From Candidatus Latescibacterota bacterium (GTDB lineage Bacteria; Latescibacterota; UBA2968), in contig OZ241986.1 in the NCBI GenBank assembly GCA_965204375.1, positions 3,712,001 to 3,776,000 on the forward strand: 64,000 nucleotides of DNA, written 5' to 3'. The position numbers and the translations under genes were made by a program. Each line of letters begins with the position of its first letter. Positions within the stretch are counted from its first letter, which is position 1. Positions 29,588-39,650 of the stretch are shown here, piece after piece. The notes beneath the pieces are model-generated. The model saw only the letters and a list, made by a program, of their open reading frames with translations, ran no database searches and was not told the origin of the DNA.

Positions 29588-31582
29588 TTACCATCCATGC
29601 GTCCAGTGTGGCGTTGACGGAAACCAGATATAATCCACAAGCGAAGAAAGCGCGCACCCCGTCACATATCCAACGACGAGACCAAAGAAAAACGGACGCA
29701 CGCGATTGTAAAGTGGAATACCGCCAAACCGCAGAATCATATGCTTGGCCGACCACGTCAGGAACATACTGAACGCATAAGTCCTCGACCCCTGGCTAAT
29801 CTGAAAAGCCAGCCCCATCGGATGCAGCGGCCACCAGGGCACGCGATTTCGCAAAAGCGTGAGCAAACCGGCAAAAAGCACACCCAGAACCCACACAGTC
29901 GCCTTGGCCGGATCGAACACCGTCTTATCTGCCTGCACAATAATTGAAACCATGCGATTATAGAGATTCCGATTGCCACCTTGAAAACCGCCCAACCCCA
30001 AATTCTGCGCTGCGTTGTCATAGCCGAGATAAATCGTATAGAGCATAGACGCGAAAAAACACGTCGAAAAAGCCAGAAAAATCGTCCAAACAACCCGCTT
30101 CCGTCTCACTTCGGACGAAAAAATTTTGAGATGATGGGGTAGCGAAGGCCAGACCGGAATGCGGTAATTCCCAAAAAACATATTGGAATTGACGAGACCC
30201 AGACCGACGACCTCCCTGCGCGTAAACGTCGAATAGCCAATCAGACTCTCAATAATACGCCCGCCCCGGACCGCCACCGGAAACAAATAGGAGAACCCAC
30301 TCGCCGCCGTGTATTTCGCAATCGTAAAATAGGCAATATAGAGCAGCACCACCTGAAGAATCGCAAGGGGCAGCGAAAGCCCCATATACGTGACAAACCC
30401 CACCACAAAAACCGTAGAGAGCACCAAACCCACAAGCGCAAAACGGTAAGGGATAAGACCATCATCTTTGGGAGACCGACAGCCTTCCATCGCCGCCTGA
30501 AACACCCTGTGTAAATGTCCCCGAGCAATCCACACGGACCACAGCGCGAGAAACACAAAAGCCCCGTGAGATTCCAAAAGCAGAATCTCATACGCATCTG
30601 CCTGCTGACCCGTATAGCCCACCGTATAGCCAATGCGGTTGATAAATCCCTCTTTCAAAATCGCAAAAAGTCGAAATGCCCAAAAAGAAAGAAGAATATC
30701 GAGATTGCACAGATAGGTCAGCCCAATAACGGGCGGCATGATACGCAGCCTCAAAGGCGGGAAATGTTCTGCAATAATAACATCCTTATTCGCGATACGC
30801 ACCGAATCGTAAATCCCAATATGGGGCAAATTGGGCGCAAAATACGTGATGATATTATAGACATAAACCAATAGCACAACCAGAACGCCCGCCCAGAAGA
30901 TGCCATCTTTAAACATCGCGGGAATGCGCTCTTTACTGTCAAATCCCTCGGTCAGAGCGACGGGAAAAGTCACCAGAGGAAAAGTCAGCTTTTCGGCATC
31001 TTCCCACTGCCTCTGAAAAATAACCGAAACACAAAGCGCAGCCACCACAAGCGCGATAGACAAGCTGAACCACCAGCAAAGTGTGCCTACCCAACTCCCC
31101 CACGGAATACTCTCGCCCGGCGGCAGCCCCTCGTAAAAGGTCGTTATGGACCCCTTAGACACCTGGGGCAATACCCACCAGGGCATAACATCAAAAAGAA
31201 ACTCCTCCCATCGGTTTTCCGGCGAGGCATAATAAGTCGGAGAACTGACAATACCGCCCCAGTACGTGGCCCATCCCGCAACGGGCATCGTCCCCACAAT
31301 CCACGACATACTGTAAATCAAAACGAGTTCAGAACTGGAAAGTGCAATGCGGGGCCAAAAAAATCTGAGAACGAGATTGACGCCAATCCATCCCACAAAA
31401 GGCAGCAACACAGACATCGGGAGTTGCGACTTAACCAGCGCGCTATTGACGAGCACCATGCCCGTATAATTGGTATAAGTATTGAGCAAAACCCCCGTAG
31501 CCACGCCCAATACAACCGCCCGTACAGTAATAACCGGCTGTTTTTGTTCGGATACATCCTCTGAAGGTTGAGCGCGTGCCAT
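29588..31582 (-). CDS. DUF6785/DUF6784-like polytopic membrane protein (third paralog)
   Basis: TVRAVVLG, YASPENRW, QRQWEDAEKLTFPL, WWPLHPMG, GGIPLYNRVRPFFFGL. Confidence 0.8.
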   Translation of the reverse strand: MARAQPSEDVSEQKQPVITVRAVVLGVATGVLLNTYTNYTGMVLVNSALVKSQLPMSVLLPFVGWIGVNLVLRFFWPRIALSSSELVLIYSMSWIVGTMPVAGWATYWGGIVSSPTYYASPENRWEEFLFDVMPWWVLPQVSKGSITTFYEGLPPGESIPWGSWVGTLCWWFSLSIALVVAALCVSVIFQRQWEDAEKLTFPLVTFPVALTEGFDSKERIPAMFKDGIFWAGVLVVLLVYVYNIITYFAPNLPHIGIYDSVRIANKDVIIAEHFPPLRLRIMPPVIGLTYLCNLDILLSFWAFRLFAILKEGFINRIGYTVGYTGQQADAYEILLLESHGAFVFLALWSVWIARGHLHRVFQAAMEGCRSPKDDGLIPYRFALVGLVLSTVFVVGFVTYMGLSLPLAILQVVLLYIAYFTIAKYTAASGFSYLFPVAVRGGRIIESLIGYSTFTRREVVGLGLVNSNMFFGNYRIPVWPSLPHHLKIFSSEVRRKRVVWTIFLAFSTCFFASMLYTIYLGYDNAAQNLGLGGFQGGNRNLYNRMVSIIVQADKTVFDPAKATVWVLGVLFAGLLTLLRNRVPWWPLHPMGLAFQISQGSRTYAFSMFLTWSAKHMILRFGGIPLYNRVRPFFFGLVVGYVTGCALSSLVDYIWFPSTPHWTHGW

Positions 31583-31589
31583 AACGACC

Positions 31590-31967
31590 TTAATCGTCAT
31601 AAGTGACGATAACATCATCGCCATCAATCTCTACCGCATAGGTCTTGACATACACCTCCGGATCCACCAGACAGCGTCCCGTTGAGATTTCAAAAGACCA
31701 CTGATGCCACGGGCAGTGCAAAATCTCGCCATCGCCATCAATGGAAATTTCGCCCTCCCCCATAGAAGGCGGTGCCTGAGTCGTCACCCGACCACCGAGT
31801 GTCCCTGTACAGAGCGGACCATTCTTGTGCGGACAAATATTGCGCACCGCGTAAAACGAACCTCCGACATTAAAAATGCCAATCCCGGCGCGCCCGCGAA
31901 AAGGCACCACAATTTTGCGCTGTCCGGGCGGTATTTCCGAGACCCTGGCAACTACAATACGCGCCAT
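31590..31967 (-). CDS. Rieske [2Fe-2S] ferredoxin
   Basis: NICPH...CPWHQW. Confidence 0.9.
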   Translation of the reverse strand: MARIVVARVSEIPPGQRKIVVPFRGRAGIGIFNVGGSFYAVRNICPHKNGPLCTGTLGGRVTTQAPPSMGEGEISIDGDGEILHCPWHQWSFEISTGRCLVDPEVYVKTYAVEIDGDDVIVTYDD

Positions 31968-33113
31968 TTACACAACCTCCATACGCAGCATCTCCAGAGC
32001 ATTATCGGCAAAAATGCGCTGGTGCAAATCCTCTGCCAGCCTGGGAAATGTCGTCACGGGATCATTCCAGTCAAAATGGGGAAAATCCGAACAATAAATA
32101 AGGGTCTCATCGGCGTGTAACATATCCAGCATCTGGTGTATTTGCTCGGGTCGCTCAGGCTCGTGCAAAGGCTGTGAGCCAACCCGAATATGGTCGCGGA
32201 AATACTCACTCGGCAAACGCTTGAGCCACGGCGTCTGGTCGCGCAACGCCTTCCAATCCGAATCCATGTGCCACATCAGCGGAACAGCCCAAAACTGCTG
32301 TGCTTCAATGAGCGCAAACTGCAAATTTGGGAACTTCTCAAAAACGCCCTCGCAGATCAACGACGCCGCATGGGAACTCGCCATATACGGTCGGCTCATC
32401 CTGGACTCCATATAATACGTGGGAAAACCCACCGGAGTCGGAACAGTTCGCGTCGCCCCACCACCCCCGCCCACATGAGAAACCACCGGCAGCCCGTGAT
32501 TCTCACACGCCTCCCATATCGGATGGTAAAAGCGATTCCCAAAAGGCATCATCGTACCCATAGGCACCATCACCGCAACCGTATCTTTGCGATGCGCCAG
32601 CCTGTTGATTTCATCCACCGCCTGAGACGGATCAGTAGGCGAAACGAGAATCGCATTGACGAGACGATCGTCGCGACTGAGCCAGTGCTCAATCGTCCAA
32701 TCGTTAAACGCGCGACACAGCGCAGCCGCCCAATCCGGATCCGGCAAACCCGAATACCCGTAAAAAGGCGGTGGTCCCGTCAAAAGCGCGTAATCGATAT
32801 GCCAGCGGTCGAGATGCTCCTTCTGCAAAAACGCAACGGAAAAATTGAAATCTCGCTCTTTGAGATCCGGATCCTTCAAATCAGGTCGATTAGCGCGGAA
32901 AGGCATATTGGGATATCCACCGCCAGGCAAATGCAAACCCTGATCGTAGAGATGCTCCTGATAGAACTTCGAAAGATGCGGCAACAAATCTTCCGGACGA
33001 CGAAAATTTTGATGTACATCGCAATCGACAATCGCAACGCCTTCTTTAGACTTCGCGGTCCAGCCCGGTGCCGTAATGGGAGCAGCACCTATTTTTCCAC
33101 CTATATCGCTCAT
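31968..33113 (-). CDS. Amidohydrolase family 2 protein
   Basis: VDCDVH, AFNDW, YHPIWEAC...LPVVSH, EGVFEKFP, LKRLPSEY, SDFPHFD. Confidence 0.88.
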   Translation of the reverse strand: MSDIGGKIGAAPITAPGWTAKSKEGVAIVDCDVHQNFRRPEDLLPHLSKFYQEHLYDQGLHLPGGGYPNMPFRANRPDLKDPDLKERDFNFSVAFLQKEHLDRWHIDYALLTGPPPFYGYSGLPDPDWAAALCRAFNDWTIEHWLSRDDRLVNAILVSPTDPSQAVDEINRLAHRKDTVAVMVPMGTMMPFGNRFYHPIWEACENHGLPVVSHVGGGGGATRTVPTPVGFPTYYMESRMSRPYMASSHAASLICEGVFEKFPNLQFALIEAQQFWAVPLMWHMDSDWKALRDQTPWLKRLPSEYFRDHIRVGSQPLHEPERPEQIHQMLDMLHADETLIYCSDFPHFDWNDPVTTFPRLAEDLHQRIFADNALEMLRMEVV

Positions 33114-33162
33114 TTAATCCTCCTGTATCCACTTTAAGGATATTTCAATACCTGTTAAACCA

Positions 33163-33242
33163 AAAGTACTGACACCTCTGAGCACTTGTCAAGACAGAAC
33201 GGGCTATTTTTGTTGACGTATTGAAAGATTGGTGGTTATTTC
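33163..33242. promoter_or_regulatory. Divergent sigma70-type promoters
   Basis: Minus: TTGACA (33192-33187)-18 bp-TACTTT; plus: TTGACG (33213-33218) then TTATTTC. Confidence 0.5.
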
Positions 33243-33282
33243 TTACTCCCGAAATCATATTCACGGATGAAAGGAGCGTATT

Positions 33283-34284
33283 ATGTCAAATAAAATTCGA
33301 GTCGCAGTAATCGGCACAGGACAGCGCGGACCGTCGCATGCACGCGAGCTATTGGGATGCGATGAAGCCGAACTCGCGCTCGTGTGCGACCTGGACGAAG
33401 AACGCGCCAAAAACGCGGCTGAAAATTTCAACGTAAAATACGAACTCGACCACCGGGAAGTCATCGCGCGGGACGACATCGACGCCCTGGCAATTGCGAC
33501 GCACACGCGACACCACGCAGGCGTCATGCGCGATGCCGCCGCGGCAGGCAAACCATTTCTGGTCGAAAAGCCATACTGCGACAGCATTGAATCGGGCGTA
33601 GAAATCTGTGAAATGGCAGAACAAAATAACGTCGTAGCGATGGTGGGATATCAATCTCGCTTCACGGCTTTTGCCCAGGAAATGAAAGCCCTTGCCTCAC
33701 AGATCGATCTGATTCAGACCAATGTAACACTTCAGCGCGGATTTTTTAACCCGCAGTATTTCTTCCCCGAACACTACAGCGGCATCCTCGACGCGCTATC
33801 GCACACCATGGACCTGGCTTTGTGGTGGACGGGATCTTTGCCCGTAGAAGTCATGGGACACGAGCGTTGCGGCCTGTTCAAACCCGACAAAGACGCCGTA
33901 GAATTTGTCAACATCACAACCCGATGCGAAAACGGGCAAATCGTGTGTATGACGGGCAGCATGGCGGGCGTCCAGATGCAGAACATCTATCAGATGGCGG
34001 GCTTGAGGGGAAATATCTCGGCGACAGAGCGCAATCGAATCCGATACGTCACCCATCGCGGATTTGAAGAAGACAAAACACCGATTGACCTGAAAAGAGG
34101 AGAATGGACGGGTTCGGGACAGCCGCCGACAGACATGTGGACGCATTTCGCGCAATGCGTAAAAGAAGGGCGAACCGATGTATCACCCGGAGCGAGCCTG
34201 CGAGATGGACTCGCACAAGTAGCGGTAAGCGAAGGCGCGTATTTCTCTTCCCGCGAGGGAAAAGCCATCACAGTCGAGCTTTAG
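33283..34284 (+). CDS. Gfo/Idh/MocA family oxidoreductase
   Basis: VAVIGTG, LVEKP, MVGYQSRF, D..SHTMD. Confidence 0.88.
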   Translation: MSNKIRVAVIGTGQRGPSHARELLGCDEAELALVCDLDEERAKNAAENFNVKYELDHREVIARDDIDALAIATHTRHHAGVMRDAAAAGKPFLVEKPYCDSIESGVEICEMAEQNNVVAMVGYQSRFTAFAQEMKALASQIDLIQTNVTLQRGFFNPQYFFPEHYSGILDALSHTMDLALWWTGSLPVEVMGHERCGLFKPDKDAVEFVNITTRCENGQIVCMTGSMAGVQMQNIYQMAGLRGNISATERNRIRYVTHRGFEEDKTPIDLKRGEWTGSGQPPTDMWTHFAQCVKEGRTDVSPGASLRDGLAQVAVSEGAYFSSREGKAITVEL

Positions 34285-34299
34285 CCAGAGGAAAACAAA

Positions 34300-35082
34300 A
34301 TGAAACTCGGATGTCAGGCGAGATCATTTGGCAAAGGAATATACCCCAACGAAGCGGACTTTCTCGCAGTTGTCCGCCAGATCGGAAATCTGGGATTCAA
34401 GGGACTGGAAGCAAATTGGAAAAATCTGGAGCGATATTTTCAAGACCCCGAAGCATTCAAACGCATCCTATCTGAAACCAATCTCGAACTGATTGGCGCG
34501 CATTACGGTGCCGCACACTGGGATGAATCCTCGCGTGAGCAAATCAGAACTGAAGGCAACCAAATTGCCGACTTTGTATCCGCTGTTGGCGGACAGTACA
34601 TTGTTTGCAGCGGACGGCGTCCAACACAGGGACCCGTATCAGACGAAATGTGGAAAAAAACCGCAGAAGGACTGAACCTCCTGGGTGAACACTGCGCGCC
34701 CAAAGGCGTCCAACTCGCCTATCACAACCACTGGTGGGAATCCGAGCAAGAAGGACTGGTCAAACTCGCGGCATATACCGATCCGTCATACGTCGGATTC
34801 GCCTTTGATACTGGACACCACATACGGGCGGGCAAAGACGCAATCGCATTGGTCAGAGAACTCTCTGGCAGGCTGCACATCATCCACCTCGCAGACCATT
34901 CAAAAGACGCCAAAGGCAATGCCCTTCGACCGCAACTGGGCACTGGCGTATTAGACCTATCAGCGTTACAAAACGCACTCAAAGGATTTACTGGCTGGCT
35001 GGTTTTAGAAGAAGAAAATAACGCCCCATCCCCAGAGAAACAGGTGGCTGAATGCATCGAAGTAATGAGGACAATGACTTAA
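34300..35082 (+). CDS. Sugar phosphate isomerase/epimerase (IolE-like TIM barrel)
   Basis: YHNHWWE, FDTGH, IHLAD, LGTGVLD, VLEEE. Confidence 0.85.
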   Translation: MKLGCQARSFGKGIYPNEADFLAVVRQIGNLGFKGLEANWKNLERYFQDPEAFKRILSETNLELIGAHYGAAHWDESSREQIRTEGNQIADFVSAVGGQYIVCSGRRPTQGPVSDEMWKKTAEGLNLLGEHCAPKGVQLAYHNHWWESEQEGLVKLAAYTDPSYVGFAFDTGHHIRAGKDAIALVRELSGRLHIIHLADHSKDAKGNALRPQLGTGVLDLSALQNALKGFTGWLVLEEENNAPSPEKQVAECIEVMRTMT

Positions 35083-35112
35083 AATCCCTTGAATCCACGC
35101 GAAAGGAAAATT

Positions 35113-35637
35113 ATGGAATTCGTCCAAAAAGACGTGCAAATAACACCGCATTATTTTCAAGACGACGGTGTGGTTCCAAACAGCGCGTTCCCCCTCATCG
35201 TCTATCAAAACGCTCTATCATTACCCGAAAACGACCCCGCGCGGGCATTTGAGCAGGTATTTGCAGCCAATCGCTGGTCGCGTTCATGGCGCAACGGCAT
35301 TTATCCCTTTCACCACTACCACGCCACAGCGCACGAAGTACTGGGCATAGCGCAGGGAAGTGCCAGAGTATGCATGGGTGGCGAACAGGGCGCGCGCTTG
35401 ACCATTGGACCTGGCGATGTCATGGTAATTCCCGCGGGCGTAGGACACAAAAACCTGGGCGCGAGTTCAGACTTACTGGTCGTAGGCGCATATCCCGATG
35501 GCCAGCACCCGGACCTGTGTCGAGAAAGTGCCCGTGAACACAAACACGCACTGGAAAACATACCCAAAGTACCGATGCCCGCTTCCGATCCGGTCTTTGG
35601 AACAAATGGTGCTGTAATGAATTTATGGAAAAAATGA
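35113..35637 (+). CDS. Cupin domain protein (YjlB-like)
   Basis: WRNGIYPFHHYHATAHEVLG, GDVMVIPAGVGH, VVGAYP. Confidence 0.85.
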   Translation: MEFVQKDVQITPHYFQDDGVVPNSAFPLIVYQNALSLPENDPARAFEQVFAANRWSRSWRNGIYPFHHYHATAHEVLGIAQGSARVCMGGEQGARLTIGPGDVMVIPAGVGHKNLGASSDLLVVGAYPDGQHPDLCRESAREHKHALENIPKVPMPASDPVFGTNGAVMNLWKK

Positions 35638-35644
35638 GGTTTTT

Positions 35645-37102
35645 ATGCAACCGACAAACATGCTCTACATCATTTCCGATCAACACAATCGCAATCTACT
35701 CGGATGTTATGGTCACCCGATGGTGCAAACGCCCAACCTGGATCGGCTATCCGAACAGGGCACGCGGTTCACCAATGCCTACACCAACTGTCCAATATGC
35801 GTACCGGCGCGCGCATCTCTCGCCACCGGACGCTACGTACATCAAATTGGCAACTGGGACAATGGGCATCCATACATCGGGGACACGCCAAGCTGGCACC
35901 ACCGCTTGCGCGAGCAGGATTTTAACGCAACATCAATAGGCAAATTGCACTTTAAGGGCCAGGGCACGGATCACGGCTTCACCGAAGAAATCGAGCCATT
36001 AAACGTCGTCGATGGCACAGGCGATGTACTGGGCTCTATCCGGGAACAACCGCCCTTTCGCAACAAACGACCGGGAATTCGAGAAGCAGGACCGGGCGAC
36101 TCGACGTATTTGCAATACGACCAGCGCAATGCAGACAACGCCATAAAGTGGTTACAAGAGCATCAGCACGACGAAAAACCCTGGTGTCTGTTTTTATCAT
36201 TTGTATGCCCACACCCACCGTATATTTCGCCGCCAGACACATACGACATCTACGACCCGGACGAATTGCCCATGCCGCCGCAATGGCGAACCGAGGACTG
36301 GCCCGATCATCCCGCAATGGACTACTTCAGGCGATTCTTCACATTTGATCCCCAATTCCCCGAAGCCATCGTGCGACAGCTAAATGCAGCCTATTATGGC
36401 GTATGTACGTATCTGGACCGTCAAATAGGTCGGGTGCTAAATACCCTGGACGAACTGGAACTAACCGACACAACCCGCATAATCTATACAACAGACCACG
36501 GTGAACACCTGGGCGGACGCGGCATATACGGCAAATTTACCATGTATGAAGAATCCGCCGCCGTGCCATTTTTGATGGCAGGTCCCGACGTTCCCGTGGG
36601 CAAAGTCGTGGAAACACCTGTCTCGCTCGTCGATAGCTTCCAGACAATTTTGGAAGCCGTGGGCGCGCAACAGACCGAGGAAGACGCGGAGTTGCCGGGC
36701 GAATCACTGTGGACCATTGCACAGGAAGAAGACCGCGACCGCACGGTATTTAGCGAGTACCACGCCATAGGCGCACAGCACGGGGCATATATGTTGCGAA
36801 ACCAAAAATACAAATACATATATCACGTCAATAATCCCCCGCAACTATTCGATACAGTAAATGATCCCGAAGAGTGCCGTGACCTCGCGCAATCCTCCGA
36901 TCACCAGAAAGTCCTGGAAATCTTCGAACGCGAATTGCGCGACCTCCTCGATCCCGAAGTAGTAGATACCCGGGCCAAAACCTCGCAACGAGAAATGATT
37001 GAATCTCTGGGTGGCGAAGAAGCCGTCATTCATCGGGGCGCATTTGACAACTCGCCCGTACCCGGCGAAGCGCCAAAATTTCGACAACACGGATCGGAGT
37101 GA
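35645..37102 (+). CDS. Cys-type sulfatase (choline-sulfatase-like)
   Basis: SDQH, ICVPARAS, GKLHF, PHPP, TDHGE. Confidence 0.9.
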   Translation: MQPTNMLYIISDQHNRNLLGCYGHPMVQTPNLDRLSEQGTRFTNAYTNCPICVPARASLATGRYVHQIGNWDNGHPYIGDTPSWHHRLREQDFNATSIGKLHFKGQGTDHGFTEEIEPLNVVDGTGDVLGSIREQPPFRNKRPGIREAGPGDSTYLQYDQRNADNAIKWLQEHQHDEKPWCLFLSFVCPHPPYISPPDTYDIYDPDELPMPPQWRTEDWPDHPAMDYFRRFFTFDPQFPEAIVRQLNAAYYGVCTYLDRQIGRVLNTLDELELTDTTRIIYTTDHGEHLGGRGIYGKFTMYEESAAVPFLMAGPDVPVGKVVETPVSLVDSFQTILEAVGAQQTEEDAELPGESLWTIAQEEDRDRTVFSEYHAIGAQHGAYMLRNQKYKYIYHVNNPPQLFDTVNDPEECRDLAQSSDHQKVLEIFERELRDLLDPEVVDTRAKTSQREMIESLGGEEAVIHRGAFDNSPVPGEAPKFRQHGSE

Positions 37103-37117
37103 GCACAGGAGCTAATC

Positions 37118-38593
37118 ATGGCCGAAACAGTCAAATTATTCCTCAATGGCGAATGGGTGGCATCTGAAGCAACGGAAACCGTACCGGTTTACAACCCATC
37201 GGATGGAACAGAAATAGCTGCAACACCCCTATGTGGCGCATCAGAAATAGATCGCGTAGTGCAATCAGCCGCAGATGCATTTCCCGAATGGGCAAAGACA
37301 CCCGCCGTTGATCGCGCGCGCGTGATGTTCCGGCTTGTCGCACTCATGGAAACCCACTTCGAGGAATTGGCCCAACTCGTAACCCTCGAAAACGGCAAAA
37401 CCATAGAAGATGCACGGGGTGAAATTCGACGCGGAATCGAAGTCGCAGAATTTGCCTGCGGTGCGCCCGCACTCTTAATGGGCGACGCGCTGGAAAATAT
37501 TGCACAGGGAATAGATTGCGACACCATCCGACAACCCCTGGGCGTATCCGTGGGCATCACGCCATTCAACTTTCCATCTATGGTACCCATGTGGACATTG
37601 CCCATTGCCCTGGTATGTGGCAATACCTACGTATTAAAGCCATCGGAGCGCGTACCATTGAGCGCAATCCGAATTGGCGAATTACTGACCGAAGCCGGAT
37701 TACCGCCCGGCGTATTCAACATCGCACACGGTGGAAAAGACGCGGTAGATGCTCTGCTCGCCCATCCTGAAGTAAAAACCATCTCATTTGTCGGATCAAC
37801 ACCCGTAGCGCGCTATGTCTATGAAACAGCCACTCGCAATGGTAAACGCGTACAATCAGCCGGTGGCGCAAAAAATTACTTAATCGTATTGCCCGACGCC
37901 GACCTGGACTCAACCGTAGCTGCCGTCATGGGATCTGCTTATGGCTGCGCCGGAGAACGCTGCATGGCCGGCAGCGTACTCGTCTGTGCCGAAGGTGCAG
38001 GCGACCGTTTCCTGGAACCGCTCAGTGAAACCGCACGCGAATTTCGGGTGGGACCAACCGACCGCGATCCCGGTGTAGATATGGGACCGGTAGTGACTCG
38101 AACGCACCTGGACCGCATCCATCAACACATCGAAAATGGGCTGAAAGAAGGCGCAGAACTAATCGTAGATGGCCGCGATGTAAAAGTCGAAGAAACACCG
38201 CAGGGCTTCTACCTGGGCGCGACCATTTTCGATCGGGTAAAACCCCAGATGTCCATTGCGCGAGAAGAAATTTTCGGACCCGTATTATCGACCATGCACA
38301 CAGACGACCTGAGCGGAGCCATTGCGCGGTGCAATGCCAGCGGATACGGCAACGCAGCCGTACTATTCACATCCAGTGGCGGAGCCGCGCGCAAATTTCG
38401 CCACGAAGTAAACGCTGGCATGGTCGGCATCAACATCGGCGTCCCCGCGCCCATGGCATTCTTCCCCTTCTCCGGGTGGAACAATTCCTTCTTCGGCGAT
38501 TTACATGTACAGGGCACCGAAGGCATTTCGTTTTTCACCCGACAAAAAGTAACAATCAGCCGGTGGATTGACACAAAGCGACAATTCTTTTAG
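37118..38593 (+). CDS. mmsA: CoA-acylating (methyl)malonate-semialdehyde dehydrogenase
   Basis: GITPFNFP, KPSE, SFVGST, GGAKN, GCAGERCMA, EEIFGP, PAPMAFFPFSGW..SFFGDLH. Confidence 0.9.
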   Translation: MAETVKLFLNGEWVASEATETVPVYNPSDGTEIAATPLCGASEIDRVVQSAADAFPEWAKTPAVDRARVMFRLVALMETHFEELAQLVTLENGKTIEDARGEIRRGIEVAEFACGAPALLMGDALENIAQGIDCDTIRQPLGVSVGITPFNFPSMVPMWTLPIALVCGNTYVLKPSERVPLSAIRIGELLTEAGLPPGVFNIAHGGKDAVDALLAHPEVKTISFVGSTPVARYVYETATRNGKRVQSAGGAKNYLIVLPDADLDSTVAAVMGSAYGCAGERCMAGSVLVCAEGAGDRFLEPLSETAREFRVGPTDRDPGVDMGPVVTRTHLDRIHQHIENGLKEGAELIVDGRDVKVEETPQGFYLGATIFDRVKPQMSIAREEIFGPVLSTMHTDDLSGAIARCNASGYGNAAVLFTSSGGAARKFRHEVNAGMVGINIGVPAPMAFFPFSGWNNSFFGDLHVQGTEGISFFTRQKVTISRWIDTKRQFF

Positions 38594-38660
38594 TGTATGG
38601 AGCGTGTATCGGGATGTGTTGATCGGAAGGGGCTAACCGCTATTCTCACAGGCAAATGCT

Positions 38661-39182
38661 ATGCACGCACTCAATTTCTGGAAAACGGTGACAATGGATC
38701 ACAGCCATTTTTTGGAGAACTTGATCGCCTTATTGACAGAACACGATATTGCGTATTGCGTAATTGGTGGTCAAGCTGTCAATGCCTATGCAGAGCCAGT
38801 CGTCAGCCTGAATCTCGTTCTCGTTGTCGCTATTGCACACTTTGACCGGGTAGTGACCCTGTTAGAAACGAACTTTGAGGTAAAGCAGTTCCCCCATAGC
38901 CTCAATGTGTATCAAAAAGGATCTGACTTGCGCGTGCAGATACAAACAGATGCGCGATATTTTGATTTTCCAGATCGCGCTGCACCGCGTGAAATACTCG
39001 GCCTTGAACTACCAGTTGCTCGTCTTGAAGATACATTACAGGGCAAAATATGGGCTGCGATGGATACGGACCGACGCAGCAGCAAACGGCAAAAAGATCT
39101 GGCCGACATTGCTCGCCTCATTGAAACTTATCCCTTTCTAAAATCGCGCGTCCCATCAGAAATCCTTTCAAAACTGGTATAG
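38661..39182 (+). CDS. Nucleotidyltransferase-fold protein (AbiEii/DUF6036-like)
   Basis: YCVIGGQAVNAY, GKIWA...RRSSKRQKDLADIARL; the usual DxD reads LNLVL. Confidence 0.65.
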   Translation: MHALNFWKTVTMDHSHFLENLIALLTEHDIAYCVIGGQAVNAYAEPVVSLNLVLVVAIAHFDRVVTLLETNFEVKQFPHSLNVYQKGSDLRVQIQTDARYFDFPDRAAPREILGLELPVARLEDTLQGKIWAAMDTDRRSSKRQKDLADIARLIETYPFLKSRVPSEILSKLV

Positions 39183-39191
39183 GAAAAAAAC

Positions 39192-39650
39192 ATGGCAAGT
39201 CGGCACGCAGATTGGTTTAGACAGGGGGAACGCGACCTGGACCACGCTCGCAGAGCAACAGAGCATGGCGATTATGAATGGGCCTGCTTTGCCGCTCAGC
39301 AAGGTGCTGAAAAAGCCGTTAAGGCAGTCTTTCAAAAAGTCGGTGCCGTCGCCTGGGGGCATTCCGTTGCGGCACTATTAGAGGCTTTACCCGATATTTC
39401 TCCACTCGACGACGCCCTATTAGATGCGGCAAAAGAGTTGGACAAACATTATATCCCAGCGCGATATCCCAATTCGCATCCTCAGGGCGCACCATTTGAA
39501 TACTATACGCAAGGAGAGGCGGATCGTGCTGTATCAAACGCCGAAAAAATCATCACCTTCTGTTCGGGTTTTCTATTTGAACCGCCCAAAGACGATCCAA
39601 CGGATTCGGAAGGCGATGAAAAAACTGAAGATCCAGCATCCCGAGATTGA
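39192..39650 (+). CDS. HEPN domain protein
   Basis: W..Q..RDL, YEWACFAAQQGAEKAVKA, GHSV, LDKHYIPARYP. Confidence 0.88.
   Translation: MASRHADWFRQGERDLDHARRATEHGDYEWACFAAQQGAEKAVKAVFQKVGAVAWGHSVAALLEALPDISPLDDALLDAAKELDKHYIPARYPNSHPQGAPFEYYTQGEADRAVSNAEKIITFCSGFLFEPPKDDPTDSEGDEKTEDPASRD

Noticed and set aside
34300-35082. Calling this gene iolE within a full iol operon
   Set aside because: The other iol genes are absent and the similarity is only at fold/motif level
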